From contig NC_086097.1 in assembly GCF_963921235.1 (NCBI RefSeq), positions 19,222,001-19,286,000 of the forward strand: 64,000 bases of DNA. Direction: 5' to 3'. Below the pieces are notes generated by a model. It worked only from the letters and a program-made list of their open reading frames with translations. It had not been told where the DNA came from and searched no databases. A program made the translations under genes and the position numbers. Shown here in pieces: positions 1 through 12,359 of the stretch (positions within the stretch are counted from its first letter, which is position 1; every line of letters begins with the position of its first letter). The stretch comes from Mobula hypostoma. Taxonomy: Eukaryota.

Positions 1-504
1 GTGCATACCTCTAGCAAGGACAGCATTTATTCTGCATCCCTAATCACTCCCACAGCTGAATAGCTTTCCAATCAAATCAGTGAAGCAACATAAATCAACC
101 AAATTGCTTTGAGATCTGGAGTCCAGTTTGGTGAGGCCAAGGACTTGCTTCCTTGTCAGACATTAAAGAGCCAGATGGGCATTTATAGTTTTCCAGTCAC
201 CACTGCTACAATTTTTTTTTCATTCCAGATTTATTTCTTCAACTTAATCTCCTCAGGTGCCATGAAGGGATTTGAACTCACGGCCAGATTTTTCCAGGTT
301 GTCCCTTCCCCCACACAATCTAGCCATTACCAGCAAACTAAACTTTCTCTGCATTTGGAATGCCTCATATCCCTGGCTCAGAGCCCTGACTGATCACTGA
401 GTGACATGGAACAAGCTCCACCCACAAATTTCTCTGAGTCTTTGACTGATGACAAAGCTTTGCCTTCTGTTGATGCTAGAAGCACCCAGTGGGCCAGACA
501 GCAT

Positions 505-1520
505 CTGTGCAGCACACACAAAATGCTGGAGGAACTCAGCAGGCCAGGCAGCATCTATGGAAAAAAGTACAGTTGATATTTCGGGCCGACACCCTTCAGC
601 AGGTCTGGAGAATTAAAAAAGATAAGGAGTCAGAGTTAGAAGGTGGGAGGAGGGAAGGAAGAAACACAAGGTGATAGGTGAAACTGGGAGAGGAGAGGAT
701 GAAGTAAAGAGCTGGGAAGAAGATGGGTGAAAGAGATAAAGGGCTGGAGAAGTGGGAATCTAAGAGGAGAGGACAGAAGGCTATGGAAGAGAGAAAAGAG
801 GGAGTAGCATCAGAGAGAGGTGATGGGCGGGCAAGGAGATGAGGTGAGAGAGGGAAAAGGGGATGGGGGGAAAAGAGATAGGGGAGGACCATTCCTGGAA
901 ATTTGAGAAATCGATGTTCATGCCATCAGGTGGGAAGCTGCCCAGACAGAATATAAGATGTTGCTCCTCCATCCTGTGTGTGGCCTCGTTGTGACAGTAG
1001 AGGAGGCCATGGATGGACATGCTGGAATGGGAAATAGAAGAGATGCAGTTGAAGGCTATGCTGATGGTGGTGGAAGGGAAGCCCCTTTCTTTGAAGAAGG
1101 AGGATATTTCCTTGGTTCTGGAATGAAAAGCTTCATCCTGAGAGCAGATGCAGTGGAGATGGAGAGATTGAGAGAAGGGGATGGCACTTTTACAAGCAAC
1201 AGGGTGGGAAGAGGTATGGTCCAGGTAGCTGTGAGAGTCAGTGAGTTTGTAATAGACATCAATAGATAAGCTGCCTCCAGAGACAGAGACAGAGAGATTG
1301 AGAAAGGGGAAGGAGGTGCCTGAAATGGACCAGGTAAATTTGAGGGCAGGTTGGAAGTTGGAGGCAAAATTGATGAAGTCGATGAACTCGGCATTGACGC
1401 AGGAAGCAGCACCAATGCAGTTGTCGATGTAGCATAGGAAAAGTGGGGGAGTGATGCCAGTGTAGGCTTGGAACATAGACTGTTCCACGTAGCCAACGAA
1501 AAGTTGGGATCCATGCAGAG
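505..1520 (-). mobile_element. Penelope-like element remnant (RT/thumb region, internal deletion, terminal repeat)
   Basis: ORF 781..1488 has PLE RT motifs (FLCYIDNCIG, LKFTWSIS, FPFLNLSV, YYKLTDSHSYLDHTSSHP, IPFSQSLHLHCICS) fused to the GIY-YIG tail (EEQHLIFCLGS..PDGMNIDFS). Terminal repeat with decayed hammerhead at about 571-607. Confidence 0.9.
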
Positions 1521-1534
1521 TGGTTCTTACAAAA

Positions 1535-2010
1535 TTGGTTTTGGTATTGGTTTATTATTGTCATATGTACAGTGAGAAGCCTGCCTAACATACTGTTTAC
1601 ACAGATCAAATCATGGCACAGTGCATTGGGGTGGAATAAAGTAAAACAGAATAAAGTGCAAAAGCTACAGAGAAAGTGCGGGGCAAGTAAAAGATCAGGT
1701 GCCAGTTCATAATCTGGTGGATTGGAAGGCAAGGGATCCGTTCAAGAGTCCGATAACAGTTGGAGGATCCTGGTGCTGCATTCAGGCTTTTGTATCTTCT
1801 GCCCAATGGGAGAGAGGATAAAAGAGAATTTCGGGGGTAGGTGAGATGTTTCATTATGCTGGCTGCTTTACTGAGGCACTGAGGAGCATAGATGGAGACC
1901 ATGGAGGGGAGGCTGGCTTCTGGGATGTGCGGCGCTGTGATAACCCCCTATAGTTTCCTCCGGTCATGTGCAGAGCAGCTGCCATTCCCAGCCGTTATGG
2001 ATCCAGACAG
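1535..2010 (-). mobile_element. Rex1/Babar LINE 3' end
   Basis: ORF 1606..1902 has CLSKAASIMKHLTYP..LPLGRRYKSL, matching the Rex1 ORF C-terminus; AATAAA followed by a short-repeat tail. Confidence 0.8.
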
Positions 2011-2224
2011 AAGATCACACTGCCTTGAGTGACAAAGAACAAGCGCTGCCCACAAACTCCTCTGAGCTTTGGACAGATGACAAAGCTTTGCCGGATGCTA
2101 GAAGCACTCAATCCTTCAATATTAACACTCCTAAAATATCATAAAATTTCAATGCATTGAAAAACGTTTTTGAAACATTTTCAAAACTAACATCAAATCA
2201 GTGAAAAGCATGTGCAAATAATCT

Positions 2225-3215
2225 AAGCTAACACATATAAAGTGCTGGAGGGACTCAGGAGATCAGACAGCATCAATGGAAATGAATGACTATTCAATGT
2301 TTCAGGCTGAGTCACTTTGTCAGGACTGGAAAGAAAGGGGAGAGAAGCGAGAATAAGGAGGAGGGGAAAGGGGAAGGAGTACAGGCTGCAAGGTGATGGG
2401 TGAAGCCAGGTGAGTGGAGAGGAGGGCAATGAAGTAAGAAGTTGGGAACAGGTGGAAACAGCAAAGTTCTGGAGAAGAAGGGATCTGATAAGAGAAGAAA
2501 GTAGACCATGGGAGAATGGTGTAATGCCCTTGTTCATTTTTTTACTGTTATGCTGTACGCATTTCATTTTGACATCTCTGTAAGAGCAATTTGTTCTGTT
2601 TTCATGCTTGTTTGGGTTCCTGTTGAAGATAAGAGAGGAAATGAAGAGAGAAGATGCAAGGCAGAACCAGTTGTACCGTACAATCCGGTGGGAGACATGT
2701 TTGTTTGAGATGGATTGCGAGCAACTTTCCGAAGGTTTGTTTTCATGTTGACCGAGGACCCAGCGCGTGAGTGACAGAGAAGTTGAAGATGAGCCCCAAC
2801 TTGTGCACATTTGACTGTTTAATTAGAATGGGCCCTTTTCTTTTTGTTATTCTTTACTAACCCTTTAGTTAACATTCATAAATATAATTTCTTTAATCAT
2901 ATGCAGTGTACTGTCTTGTTATTTCGTGGCATTAATTTGTAACAGGAGAGCAAATGACACAGTGTCCACACAAACCGGGGTTTGGGGTGGGATGAAGCGC
3001 GCCTCGATCTCACGAGTTTGGCAGGGCTGGAGGTTGTCTTCTCTCGACTTATGCAGCCAAAGAAACCAGGGTGTTTCAAAGGGAAAGGGGTGTGGCACCA
3101 GGGGGAGGTGAGAAGAGAAAAGGTAAGGGGGGAGCCAGAGTGGGGAGTGGAAGGAGGGAAGAGGAAGGGGGGAAATTTATTGGAATTTAGAGAAGTCGAT
3201 GTTCATACTTGTTAA
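2225..3215 (-). mobile_element. Penelope-like terminal-repeat remnant, interrupted by a solo LTR
   Basis: Similar to 505-920 (gctggagg..ctcag..cagcatc, GA-rich tract, agaagtcgatgttcat). The sequence resumes after 3078. Confidence 0.75.
2520..3078. mobile_element. Solo LTR (LTR retrotransposon or ERV)
   Basis: TGTAATGCCCT...AGGGTGTTTCA inverted termini; flanks AATGG/AAGGG (5-bp TSD with one mismatch); cleanly interrupts a PLE. Confidence 0.7.
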
Positions 3216-3499
3216 ATAGGTGGAGCTGGAGTAGTAGGGTTCCGGCCCGAAACGTTGACCGATCTTTTCCATGGATGCTGCCTGACCTGCTGAGTTCCTC
3301 CAGCGTGTTGTGAGTGGAGCTGGAGTAGGCCACTCAGCCCTTCAATCTGCACCACTCCTCAGCAACTGATTGCAAAATTAACTCCGCAATCCTGCCCATG
3401 TCCCAGTAACCAGTTGGGATTAAATTTCATTTGACACTACTCTATACAACTTTCCATCTGATCTACACCCAGTGCATCCTTACAAAGTCTCTGAGTGGA

Positions 3500-4004
3500 C
3501 ATATGTAGCACTTACATCCACTGTGATGAAGTGTTTTGGAGTCTGATGATAAAACAAATTAACTTCTGTTTGAGAAGCATTTTGAATCCACTCCACTTTG
3601 CCTACTAATGCAACAGATTTACGGATGTGTGGTGGAGAGTATATTGACTGGCTGCATCACAGCCTGGTATGGAAACTCCAATGCCCTTGAATGGAAAAGC
3701 CCACAAAAGGTAATGGATACAGCCCAGCCCATCATGGGTAAAGCCCTCCTCACCATCTACATAGAGCACCGTCACAGGAAAGCATCATCCATCATCGAAA
3801 ACCCCCACCATCCTGGTCATACTCTCTTCTCGCCATTGCCATCAGGAAGATGCACAGGAGCTTCAGGGCCCATACCACCAGGTTAAGGAACAATTATTAC
3901 GCCTCAACCATCAGGCTCTTGAACAGAAGGTATAAGTACACTCAATTAGACTCACATCGATATCTGAACTGTTCCCACGTTCAAGGCCTCTTCATCGCAT
4001 GTTC
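3500..4004 (+). mobile_element. Rex1/Babar LINE fragment (its tail continues at about 5386-5545)
   Basis: ORF 3608..3886 has VESILTGCITAWYGNS..HPGHTLFSPLPSGR. Confidence 0.85.
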
Positions 4005-5385
4005 ACTGCCCCTACCTTCACTGTAGAAGATACTAGCAGTGTACCAGAGGTTTGTGCGTGTCAGGGAGCAGGAGAGAGTGCTAGGAACTGCTAGGCAAAC
4101 AAAGGTCTAAGGGTGAATAAGTCACCTGGACCAAATGGACTACATCACAGGGTCCTGAGACAGGTTGCTGAAGAGATAACGGATGCATTGGTCATGATCT
4201 TTCAAAAATCACTTGATTCTGGAATGGTCCCGGAGGACTGCAAATGTCACTTCACTCTTTAAGAAGGGAGGAAGGCAAAAAAAAAGGAAACTATAGGCCA
4301 ATTAGCCTAACCTCAGTGGTTGGGAAAACATTGGAGTCTATTAGTAAGGATGAGGTTTTGGGGTACTTGGAGACTAATATTAAAATAAGTCAAAGTCAGC
4401 ATGGTTTTTGTAAAGGGAGTGCTGAGTAGGTAATGTGAATGCAGCAGGACTTAGACATGTTGGAAGAATGGGCAAAAAAGTGGCCAATGGAATGCAGTGT
4501 TAGAAAATGTATGATGCATTTTGGTAAAAGGAACAATAGTGCGGAGTATTATCTAAATGGGGAGAAGGTTCAAACATTAAAGGTACAGAAGAACTTAGGA
4601 GTCCTCATACAAGACTACTAGAAGGTTAATTTACAGGTTGAGTCTGTGATAATAAAGGCAAATGCGCGTTGGCATTTATTTCAAGTGGAATAGAATATAA
4701 AAGCAAGGAGATAATGCTGAGGCTTCATAAGATGCTAATCAGGCTGCACTAGTATTGTCAACAGTTTTGGGCACCATATCTCAGAAAGGATGTGTTGTCA
4801 CTGGAGAGAGTCCAAAGGAGGTCCACAAGAATGATTCCAGGAATGAAGGGGTTAACATATGAGGAACGCTTGGCAGCTTTTGGCCTGTACTCACTAAATT
4901 TAGTAGAATATGGCGGGAGGGGTCCCATTGAAACCTACCAAATATTGAAAGGACTAGATGGAGAGGATGTTTCTAATGGTGGGGGTTTCCTGAACTAGAG
5001 GGCACAGCCTCAAAATTGAGGGGTAATCTTTTCAAACAGAAGTAAGGAGGAATTTTTTCACAACATTTTCACTTTACTCATGGTGAAAGTGGTGAAGGAA
5101 GACGTATATCAAACCGATATCAGAAGAGGCACAAAGGCCGTGGAATAATCTGAGGCTTTGGACTGTGTGTGGTGAATCTGTGGAATGATCGGCCGCAGAC
5201 TGCAGAGGAAACCAAGTCCATGGGTCTACTTAAGGCAGAAGTTGATCGTTTCCTGGTTGGTCAGGGCATCAAAGGATATGGTGAGAAGGCAGGTGTATGG
5301 GGTTGAGTGGAATCTGGGATCAGCCATGATGGAGTAGCAGAGCAGATTCAAATGGGCTGAATGGCTCAATCCTGCTCCTATGTTC
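4005..5385 (+). mobile_element. CR1 LINE, 5'-truncated, internally deleted ORF2 and 3' end
   Basis: GNYRPISLTSVVGK, QSQHGFCKG, QQDLDMLEEWAKKW, LERVQRRSTRMIPGMKGLTYEERL; CR1 3' UTR. Confidence 0.92.
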
Positions 5386-6419
5386 CCAATATTTGTTGCT
5401 TATTTATTACTGTAATATTATTATTATATTTTTTCTTTGTATTTACTGTGAATGTCTGCAAGAAAATGAATCTCAGGGTTGTATGTGGTGACGTATATGT
5501 ACTTAGATAATAAATTTACTTTGAAATTTGAACCTTGAATTTTGAAACAATATTATAACCATTTGGACTGAGACTCTTCAAGAATTCTTCCCTCTTCCTT
5601 TCCACTCCCGATGAAAGGTCTCAACATGAAACATTGACTGTTTACTCCTCTCATAGACGCTGCCTGATTTGCCAAGAGCCCCCAGCATTTTGTGAGTGTT
5701 GTCTGGATTTTCAGCATCTGCAGAATCCCATGTAGGTAATAACCTTATCATAATGTTCTGCTGTCTCCACCCACCCTCTTAAACTGAATGATAGATGTTG
5801 GCTGCATCCCTTTCTGAAACCAATTAACCCCTGTCAGTGCAGGTAAATCCACGAGCCTTTGAGACGCTCCTCGAGATTAGACCTGGAAACAAGATATTTG
5901 TGTTCTGTAGTGTTTCAGATCGGATTCTTGTAGTGTACAGTTGGTTGTATCTCCTTGTAACTACCTATACACGGGCCAACGGTCAACCTAATAACTGGAA
6001 TCAGAAACATTTCCACTTCAGGGAACCTTAATATCGTACTTCAGCCTCAGTGAAGACCTTTGACTGTTCTGCTCCAGAAAGCAAAACGTCTGTCAGGATC
6101 CTTCAGAGGTGCCTCAGCTTTTGGTATTTCCTTCCTACTGGCTCCTTCTTCGCAAAGAGACTCACAGACCATTTCCCGTGACAGTATTGAACACAGCACT
6201 TTCACTTTGCTCATGGTGAAAATGGTGAAGGAAGACGTATATCGAACTGATATCAGAAGAGGCACAAAGGCCGTGAAATAGTCTGAGGTTTTGGACTGTG
6301 TGTGAGCTTTCATACACACCCTGATATGAACCACTTCCACTTCAGGCTGGAGGTTCTCTTTGGTAAAAGTGCATTGCCTTTAAGGGAAGAAAACATAGAC
6401 AAATCTGTCTTGATTTGTT

Positions 6420-6970
6420 AGTTAAGGAGGGGTCATAAGAAGAGACATGGTTACAAGATACTGGACGGTCATTTAAAACTAACATGTCAAAATTCCTTAT
6501 TGCACAGGATGGTGACTCCATGGAATTCTCTATCCCAGAGGGTTGTCTGGATCACAAGAAGTATTTAAGATGAGGTAAAAAAGTTTTTTTTTGATTGGGG
6601 AATTGAAGGCTCTGGGGCACTGGCACTGAAGAAATGAGATCTGTGGCAATTCATAAGACTACAAGGGATAGGAGCAGATGAGGCCATTCAGTCCATTGAG
6701 TCTGCTCCGTCATTTCAGCTCCATTCACCTGCCTTCTCCCCATATCCATTAACCACCATAACCAATCAAGAAGCTATTAATTTTTGCCCTAAATGCACTT
6801 AATGACTTGGCCTCCACAGCCCTCTGCAGGCTCACCAGCCTGAAGAAAATCTCCCTCATCTTTGTTCTAAAGGGACATCTCCTTATTTGGATGCTGCGCC
6901 TGCGGATCTTAGACTTTCTTACTTATGCAAATATCCCCTCCATTTCTATTCTACCCAGGCCTTTCAGTAT
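6420..6970. mobile_element. Decayed CR1 3'-end fragments in both orientations
   Basis: ggaattctctatcccagagggttg on + and the aggagcag..aggccattcag..gcctccacagccctctg CR1 3' motifs on -. Confidence 0.6.
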
Positions 6971-7428
6971 TCAGAACCAGTTCTGATCACAGTAAATGGC
7001 AGGCAATCTCAAGAGACCTAGTGGCCTACTGCTGAGCTGAAACTATGTTTCACTAGCTGGGTTAGTAAGTGCCTCCACTTCAATCAAAGTCCATTATTTC
7101 CTTCCAAACACATTTCCCACTGTAACCTCGGTATGATTATTTGTTTCCCTGAAGTTTATTTATATGCTTACGTAAACTCATGAAGGCGTGGGTGGGATTT
7201 ATTCATCTTAATAAGAAGACCGAAAGTGGAAGAAATAGCAGAGCATTAAGGAGAAAGGATCTCATCCTCAGTATACTGATTCAAGATTCAAGATTGTTTA
7301 ATGTCATTTCCTGTACACAAATGTAAAGAACAAAATAATTGTTACTCCAGATCCAATGCAGCATGTACAAAAACTCAATAAGATAAAGAACACAATAATA
7401 AAAAACACAACAGATATAAATATATCAA

Positions 7429-8493
7429 GCAACACACATCAAAGTTGCTGGTGAACGCAGCAGGCCAGGCAGCATCTCTAGGAGGAGGTATAGTCGACGT
7501 TTCAGGCCGAGACCCTTCGTCAGGCCTAACTGAAGGAAGAGTGAGTAAGAGATTTGAAAGTGGGAGGGGGAGAGGGAGATCCAAAATGATAGGAGAAGAC
7601 AGGAGGGGGAGGGATGGAGCCAAGAGCTGGACAGGTGATTGGCAAAGGGGATATGAGAGGATCATGGGACAGGAGATCCGGGAAGAAAGACGGGGCGGGG
7701 AGGGGGGGAGAACAGAGGATTGGCAAGGGGTATAGTCAGACGGACAGAGGGAGAAAAAGGAGAGTGAGAGAAAGAATGTATGTATAAAAATAAATGACGG
7801 ATGGGGTACTAGGGGGAGGTGGGGCACTAGCGGAAGTTAGAGAAGTCGATGTTCATGCCATCAGGTTGGAGGCTACCCAGACAGAATATAAGATGTTGTT
7901 CCTCCAACCTGAGTGTGGCTTCATCTTTACAGTAGAGGAGGCTGTGGATGGACATGTCAGAATGGGAATGGGACGTGGAATTAAAATGTGTGGCCACTGG
8001 GAGATCCTGCTTTCTCTGGCGGAAAGAGCGTAGGTGTTCAGCAAAGCGGTCTCCCAGTCTGCGTCGGGTCTCGCCAATATGTAGAAGGCCACATCGGGAG
8101 CACTGGACACAGTATATCACCCCAGCCGACTCACAGGTGAAGTGTCGCCTCACCTGGAAGGACTGTCTGGGGCCCTGAATGGTGGTAAGGGAGGAAGTGT
8201 AAGGGCATGTGTAGCACTTGTTCCGCTTACAAGGATAAGTGCCAGGAGGGAGATCAGTGGGGAGGGATGGGGGGGACGAATGGACAAGGGAGTCACGTAG
8301 AGAGCGATCCCTGCGGAAAGCAGAGAGGTGGGGGAGGGAAAGATGTGCTTAGTGGTGGGATCTCGTTGGAGGTGGCGGAAGTTGCGGAGAATAATATGTT
8401 GGACCCAGAGGCTGGTGGGGTGGTAGGTGAGGACCAGGGGAACCCTATTGTTAGTGGGGCGGCGGGAGGATGGAGTGAGAGCAGATGTGCGTG
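7429..8493 (-). mobile_element. Penelope-like element, young 5'-truncated copy with GIY-YIG endonuclease and terminal repeat
   Basis: ORF 7827..8153 reads FTCESAGVIYCVQCSRCGLLHIGETRRRLGDRFAEHLRS. Flanked by AAATATATCAA at 7418-7428 and 8494-8504 and inserted in a Rex1 3' tail. Confidence 0.93.
7491..7528 (-). ncRNA. Minimal type I hammerhead ribozyme in PLE terminal repeat
   Basis: Minus strand reads TAGGC CTGACGA A GGGT-CTCG-GCCT GAAA CGTC GACTA: intact core, one stem I mismatch. Confidence 0.8.
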
Positions 8494-8789
8494 AAATATA
8501 TCAATTAGCTCATATACATAGATTATAGAAGTGTACAGAAAGTGTACAGAGAGATTACAGAAGTGTCCCTAGTGTACAGAAAGTGGCTCTAGGGACAGGA
8601 GTGTTTGTACATAAAGTGACTGACAGGAAATGATGAAGTGATAGTGGTGGGGGTGTTGACCGGCCTTGCTGCTTGGGGAAAGTAATGGTTTTTTGAGTCT
8701 GTAGGTCCTGGTGTGGTTGCTGAGTAGGACAATCAGCCCATGACCAGGATGGGTGGGACCCTTCACGATATTGCCGGCCTTCTTCTGGC

Positions 8790-9365
8790 ACAATGCTCAA
8801 AGTGTGATCTGATCAATGCCTTACAAAGCTTCAGCATTATATCCTTGCTTTTATATCCTAGTCTTTTCAAAATGAAAGTTACCATTGCATTTGCCTTCAT
8901 GAACACCGACTCGCCCTGCAGCTTAACCTTTAGGGAATCCTTTATGAGGACTCCAAAGTCCATTTGCACCTCTGATTTCTGAATTTCCTCCCCATTTAGA
9001 AAATAGTCTATGCCTTTATTCCTTCTACAAAAGTGCGTGACCATACACTTGCCTATACTATATTCTACCTGCCATTTCTTTGGCCATTCTCCTAATCTGT
9101 TTAAATCCTTCTGCAGACCTCTCTGCTTCCTCAACACTACCTCGCCCTCCCCCTATAACCATATAACCATATAACTATTACAGCACGGAAACAGGCCATC
9201 TCGGCCCTTCTAGTCCGTGCCGAACTCTTACTCTCACCTAGTCCCACCGGCCTGCACTTGGCCCATAACCCTCCATTCCTTTCCTGTCCATAATGCTATC
9301 ATCCACAAACTTGGCCATAAAGCCATCACATCCATCATCCAAATAATTGGCATATAATCTGAAAA
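8790..9365 (-). mobile_element. CR1 ORF2 fragment with a nested CR1 3'-end piece (about 9155-9290)
   Basis: ORF 8763..9137 has LQKDLNRLGEWPKKWQVEYSIGKCMVTHF; AKFVDDS near 9300-9320. Confidence 0.85.
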
Positions 9366-9414
9366 GAACATCAAGTTCAAACAAGAGAAAGCCTGCAGAT
9401 GCTCGAAATATGAG

Positions 9415-9597
9415 CAACACACACAAAGTGCTGGAGGAACTCAGCAGGCCAGGCAAAATCTAGGAAAAGAGTACGGTCGACATTTTGGGCTGAAACTCTT
9501 TTGTCTTGCCAAAGGGTTTCAGCCCAAAACATCAGCTATACTCTTTTCCTAGATGCTGCCTGGCCTGCCGAGTTCCTCCAGCATTTTGTGTGTGTTG
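9415..9597. repeat. Inverted repeat (about 87-bp arms) made of two PLE termini
   Basis: 9415-9501 is the imperfect reverse complement of 9511-9597. Confidence 0.9.
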
Positions 9598-9649
9598 TAG
9601 GAACAATCAACCTATTTGTGTCTTTGTTGCTACATGCCATTTATAGGGA

Positions 9650-10075
9650 TTAGAATCAGAATCAGGTTTGTTGTCACTGGCATTAGTCATGAAATTTGTT
9701 GTTTTGTGGCAACTGTACAGTGCAGAATCAGAATCAGATTTAAGATTGCCGGCATATGTCATGAAATTTGTTAACTTTATGGCAGCAGTACAATGATAAA
9801 TAAATATAGAGTTAAAAAATAAATAGCAAATTACTATAAGCTACAATAAATAAGTAAGTAGTGAAAAAGAGCAAAATAATGAGGTAGTCTTCATGCGTCC
9901 AAGAACTTCAGGGGAGAAGAAGCTGTTCCTGAATCATGTGTGTGAATCTTCAGACTCCTGTACCTCTTCCTTGGTGGCAGTACTGAGAAGAGTGCATATC
10001 CTGGATGGTGAGGCTCCTTAATGATAGATGCTGCCTTCTTGAGGTGCCCACTGCTTTTTGAAGATGTCCTTCATG
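9650..10075 (-). mobile_element. Rex1/Babar 3' end with duplicated tail
   Basis: Two successive agaatcagaatcag..catgaaatttgtt tails, then the Rex1 ORF C-terminus. Confidence 0.75.
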
Positions 10076-10599
10076 CTATTAATCTTTTATGCTCTAGATT
10101 CTGAACGCTATAAAAAGGTCTGTGGTGAGATAAATTAATTGGGATTAAAGAACCTAGAAGCATGTCTCTCTGTCACATTCTGAGATGAAAGAGTTAACCT
10201 GCACACATTCCTGCTTGGACGGGGAGGCACAGATGTCATTGACAAAGGGATTGCATAAAATGGTTCTCTGTACAACAAATTCCAGTCAGTAAAACATAAG
10301 GACAAGAAATGGCTGAGGGTTTAATGCAGAGCTTTAGAAATTTAACATTCTCACATGGCATTACAAGCGATTATACTTTCTGTTACAGCTTCCTAATTGT
10401 ACATAGACATCTGTTGTGTTGAAACCTACTGCATCAAAGTTTAAGGAGCTACAGTTCAGAGATTCATGCAGCTTGAAAGTAGGCCATTCAGCCCATTGTC
10501 TCCGTACTGGTCAACAAGTACCACACAATACTAATCCCATTTCCCAGCATTCTAAGACAAGGCCTCTCGAATGCTGATCCAAATACTTCTTAAATCTAG

Positions 10600-11035
10600 G
10601 ATTGGAAGGGTTAATGTATGAGGAGCTCTTGGCCTGTACTCACTGGACTTTAGAAGAACAAAGGGGGATTTCATTGAAACCTATCAAATATTGAAAGGCC
10701 TAGATAAAGAGGATGTGAAGAGGTTGTATCTTACAGTGGGAGAGTCTAGGACTGGAGGGCACAACCACAGATTACAAGCACCTACTTTTGGAACAGAAGT
10801 GAAGAGGAATTTCTTTGGGCAGAGGATTGTGAATCTGTGGAATTCATTGCCACAGACAGCTGTGGAGGCCAAGTCATCAGGTATATTTAAAGCGATGTTT
10901 AGTAAGGGCGTCAAAGGTTACGGGGAGAAAGCTGGGGAATGAGATTGCAAGGGATAATAAATCAACCATGATGGAATAGTGGAGCAGGCTTGTTGGGCTA
11001 AATAACCTAATTTTGTTCTTATGTCCTATGGTCTT
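10600..11035 (+). mobile_element. CR1 3' fragment
   Basis: ORF 10691..10942 has KGLDKEDV..RTGGH..RNFFGQRIVNLWNSLP. Confidence 0.9.
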
Positions 11036-11094
11036 TACCAACAAATCGGTGATGCTAAGAAGACTGGAATTATTACTAATTCCTTAATATCCAC

Positions 11095-12000
11095 TAGTAG
11101 TAGTGGAATCACTTGAGTCGAGTATGAGAGGCTGTCTATTGGTGGGTCCTCAGGTGGCTGTAGAAGCCGACCTGGATCCACATATTCTGGTGCAGTGTGG
11201 GCAAGACTAAGTGGTGGCTGTGGTTAGTCTCTAGGTCTTTTATTGCTCAGTCTCCCCCTTCGCAGTTGAATCTCGTTCCCTGCAGCACAGCGAGGTCACT
11301 CTCATATAGCGCAGCTCTCTCTAGAACAGATATCCTCCCAGTGTATCTATTGAGTGCAAAGTGTTCTCAGTTTTTAGGTGTCATGTTGAATTTCTTCTGG
11401 CTGATTTTGATGTTATCTTTGAAGTGCTTCCTTAGCTCACCAGGGGCTTGCTGCCATTCCATCAACGGGGAGTAAAGGATCTGTTGATCTATTAGGGAGA
11501 CATGAGTTAGGCATTTGGATGATATAACCTATCCAATGGAGTTGGTACAGCTTTATCTTGGTGGAGATGCTGTTCATGTTGGTCTCCTCCAGTATGCTGG
11601 TGCTTGTGTGTCTGTTTTTCCAGCTGGTCCTCAAAATCTTTCATAAGGCTCTCTGGTTCGAGGGCTTTCAGATGCCTATTGTAGGTGGTCCATGATTCAA
11701 CTCCATATAATAGTGTAAGAAGGATGACGGCTCTATAGATCGAAAGTTTATTTGGACTATAGATCACGGTATCCAAAGACAGTTTTCCTTAATCTTGAAT
11801 AGGCTCCACTAGCACTACTCAGACAGTGGAGGATCTCTGAGTCAATGTTTGCTTTTGAGGAGAAAATGCTGCCAAGATAGGAAAAGTGATTTACATTTTC
11901 AAGGGCGATATCATCAACTTTTTTGCAGGAATTTATCCGGCCTTCATTATGTAGGAGCTCGCACACACAGTGCCAATGAAGAGGACAACCCCGTCTTCTT
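11095..12000 (-). mobile_element. RTE-clade LINE 3' remnant
   Basis: LENVNHFSYLGS..ASGAYSRLRKTVF; KLSIYRAVILLTLLYGVESWTTY..LKALE; QLHWIGYIIQMP; short TAC-type tail. Confidence 0.85.
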
Positions 12001-12359
12001 CATTTCTTCTGCCAACTGATCAAAGTGCAAGACTCTCAAACAAACAGTCAGGGCAAGTTCATCCTTAATACCCCTGGCACCAGCAAATGAGTAGGACCTA
12101 GCTTATTCCAGCTGCCAATCATTACCTCTGTGTTATAAAATTTCTCATTGGAATTCATTCGGAATTTCAGTGTCACACAGAAAAATCTAATTAGGATTCA
12201 CTGGGCCTTCATCTAAAATTAAAATGAAGCCACAAGCTAACCAAATACTTTTAATTCACAGTCTGTGAAATATGAATCCCATATTTAAACAAACATTTCT
12301 TAAATGAGTAAAATCTTAATTATGAAGCTTACATTGTATTCCAGAGTCATATTGCTCCC

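Noticed and set aside
7827..8153. GIY-YIG nuclease plus RT as a novel RT-nuclease system
   Set aside because: This is the standard Penelope-like element architecture.
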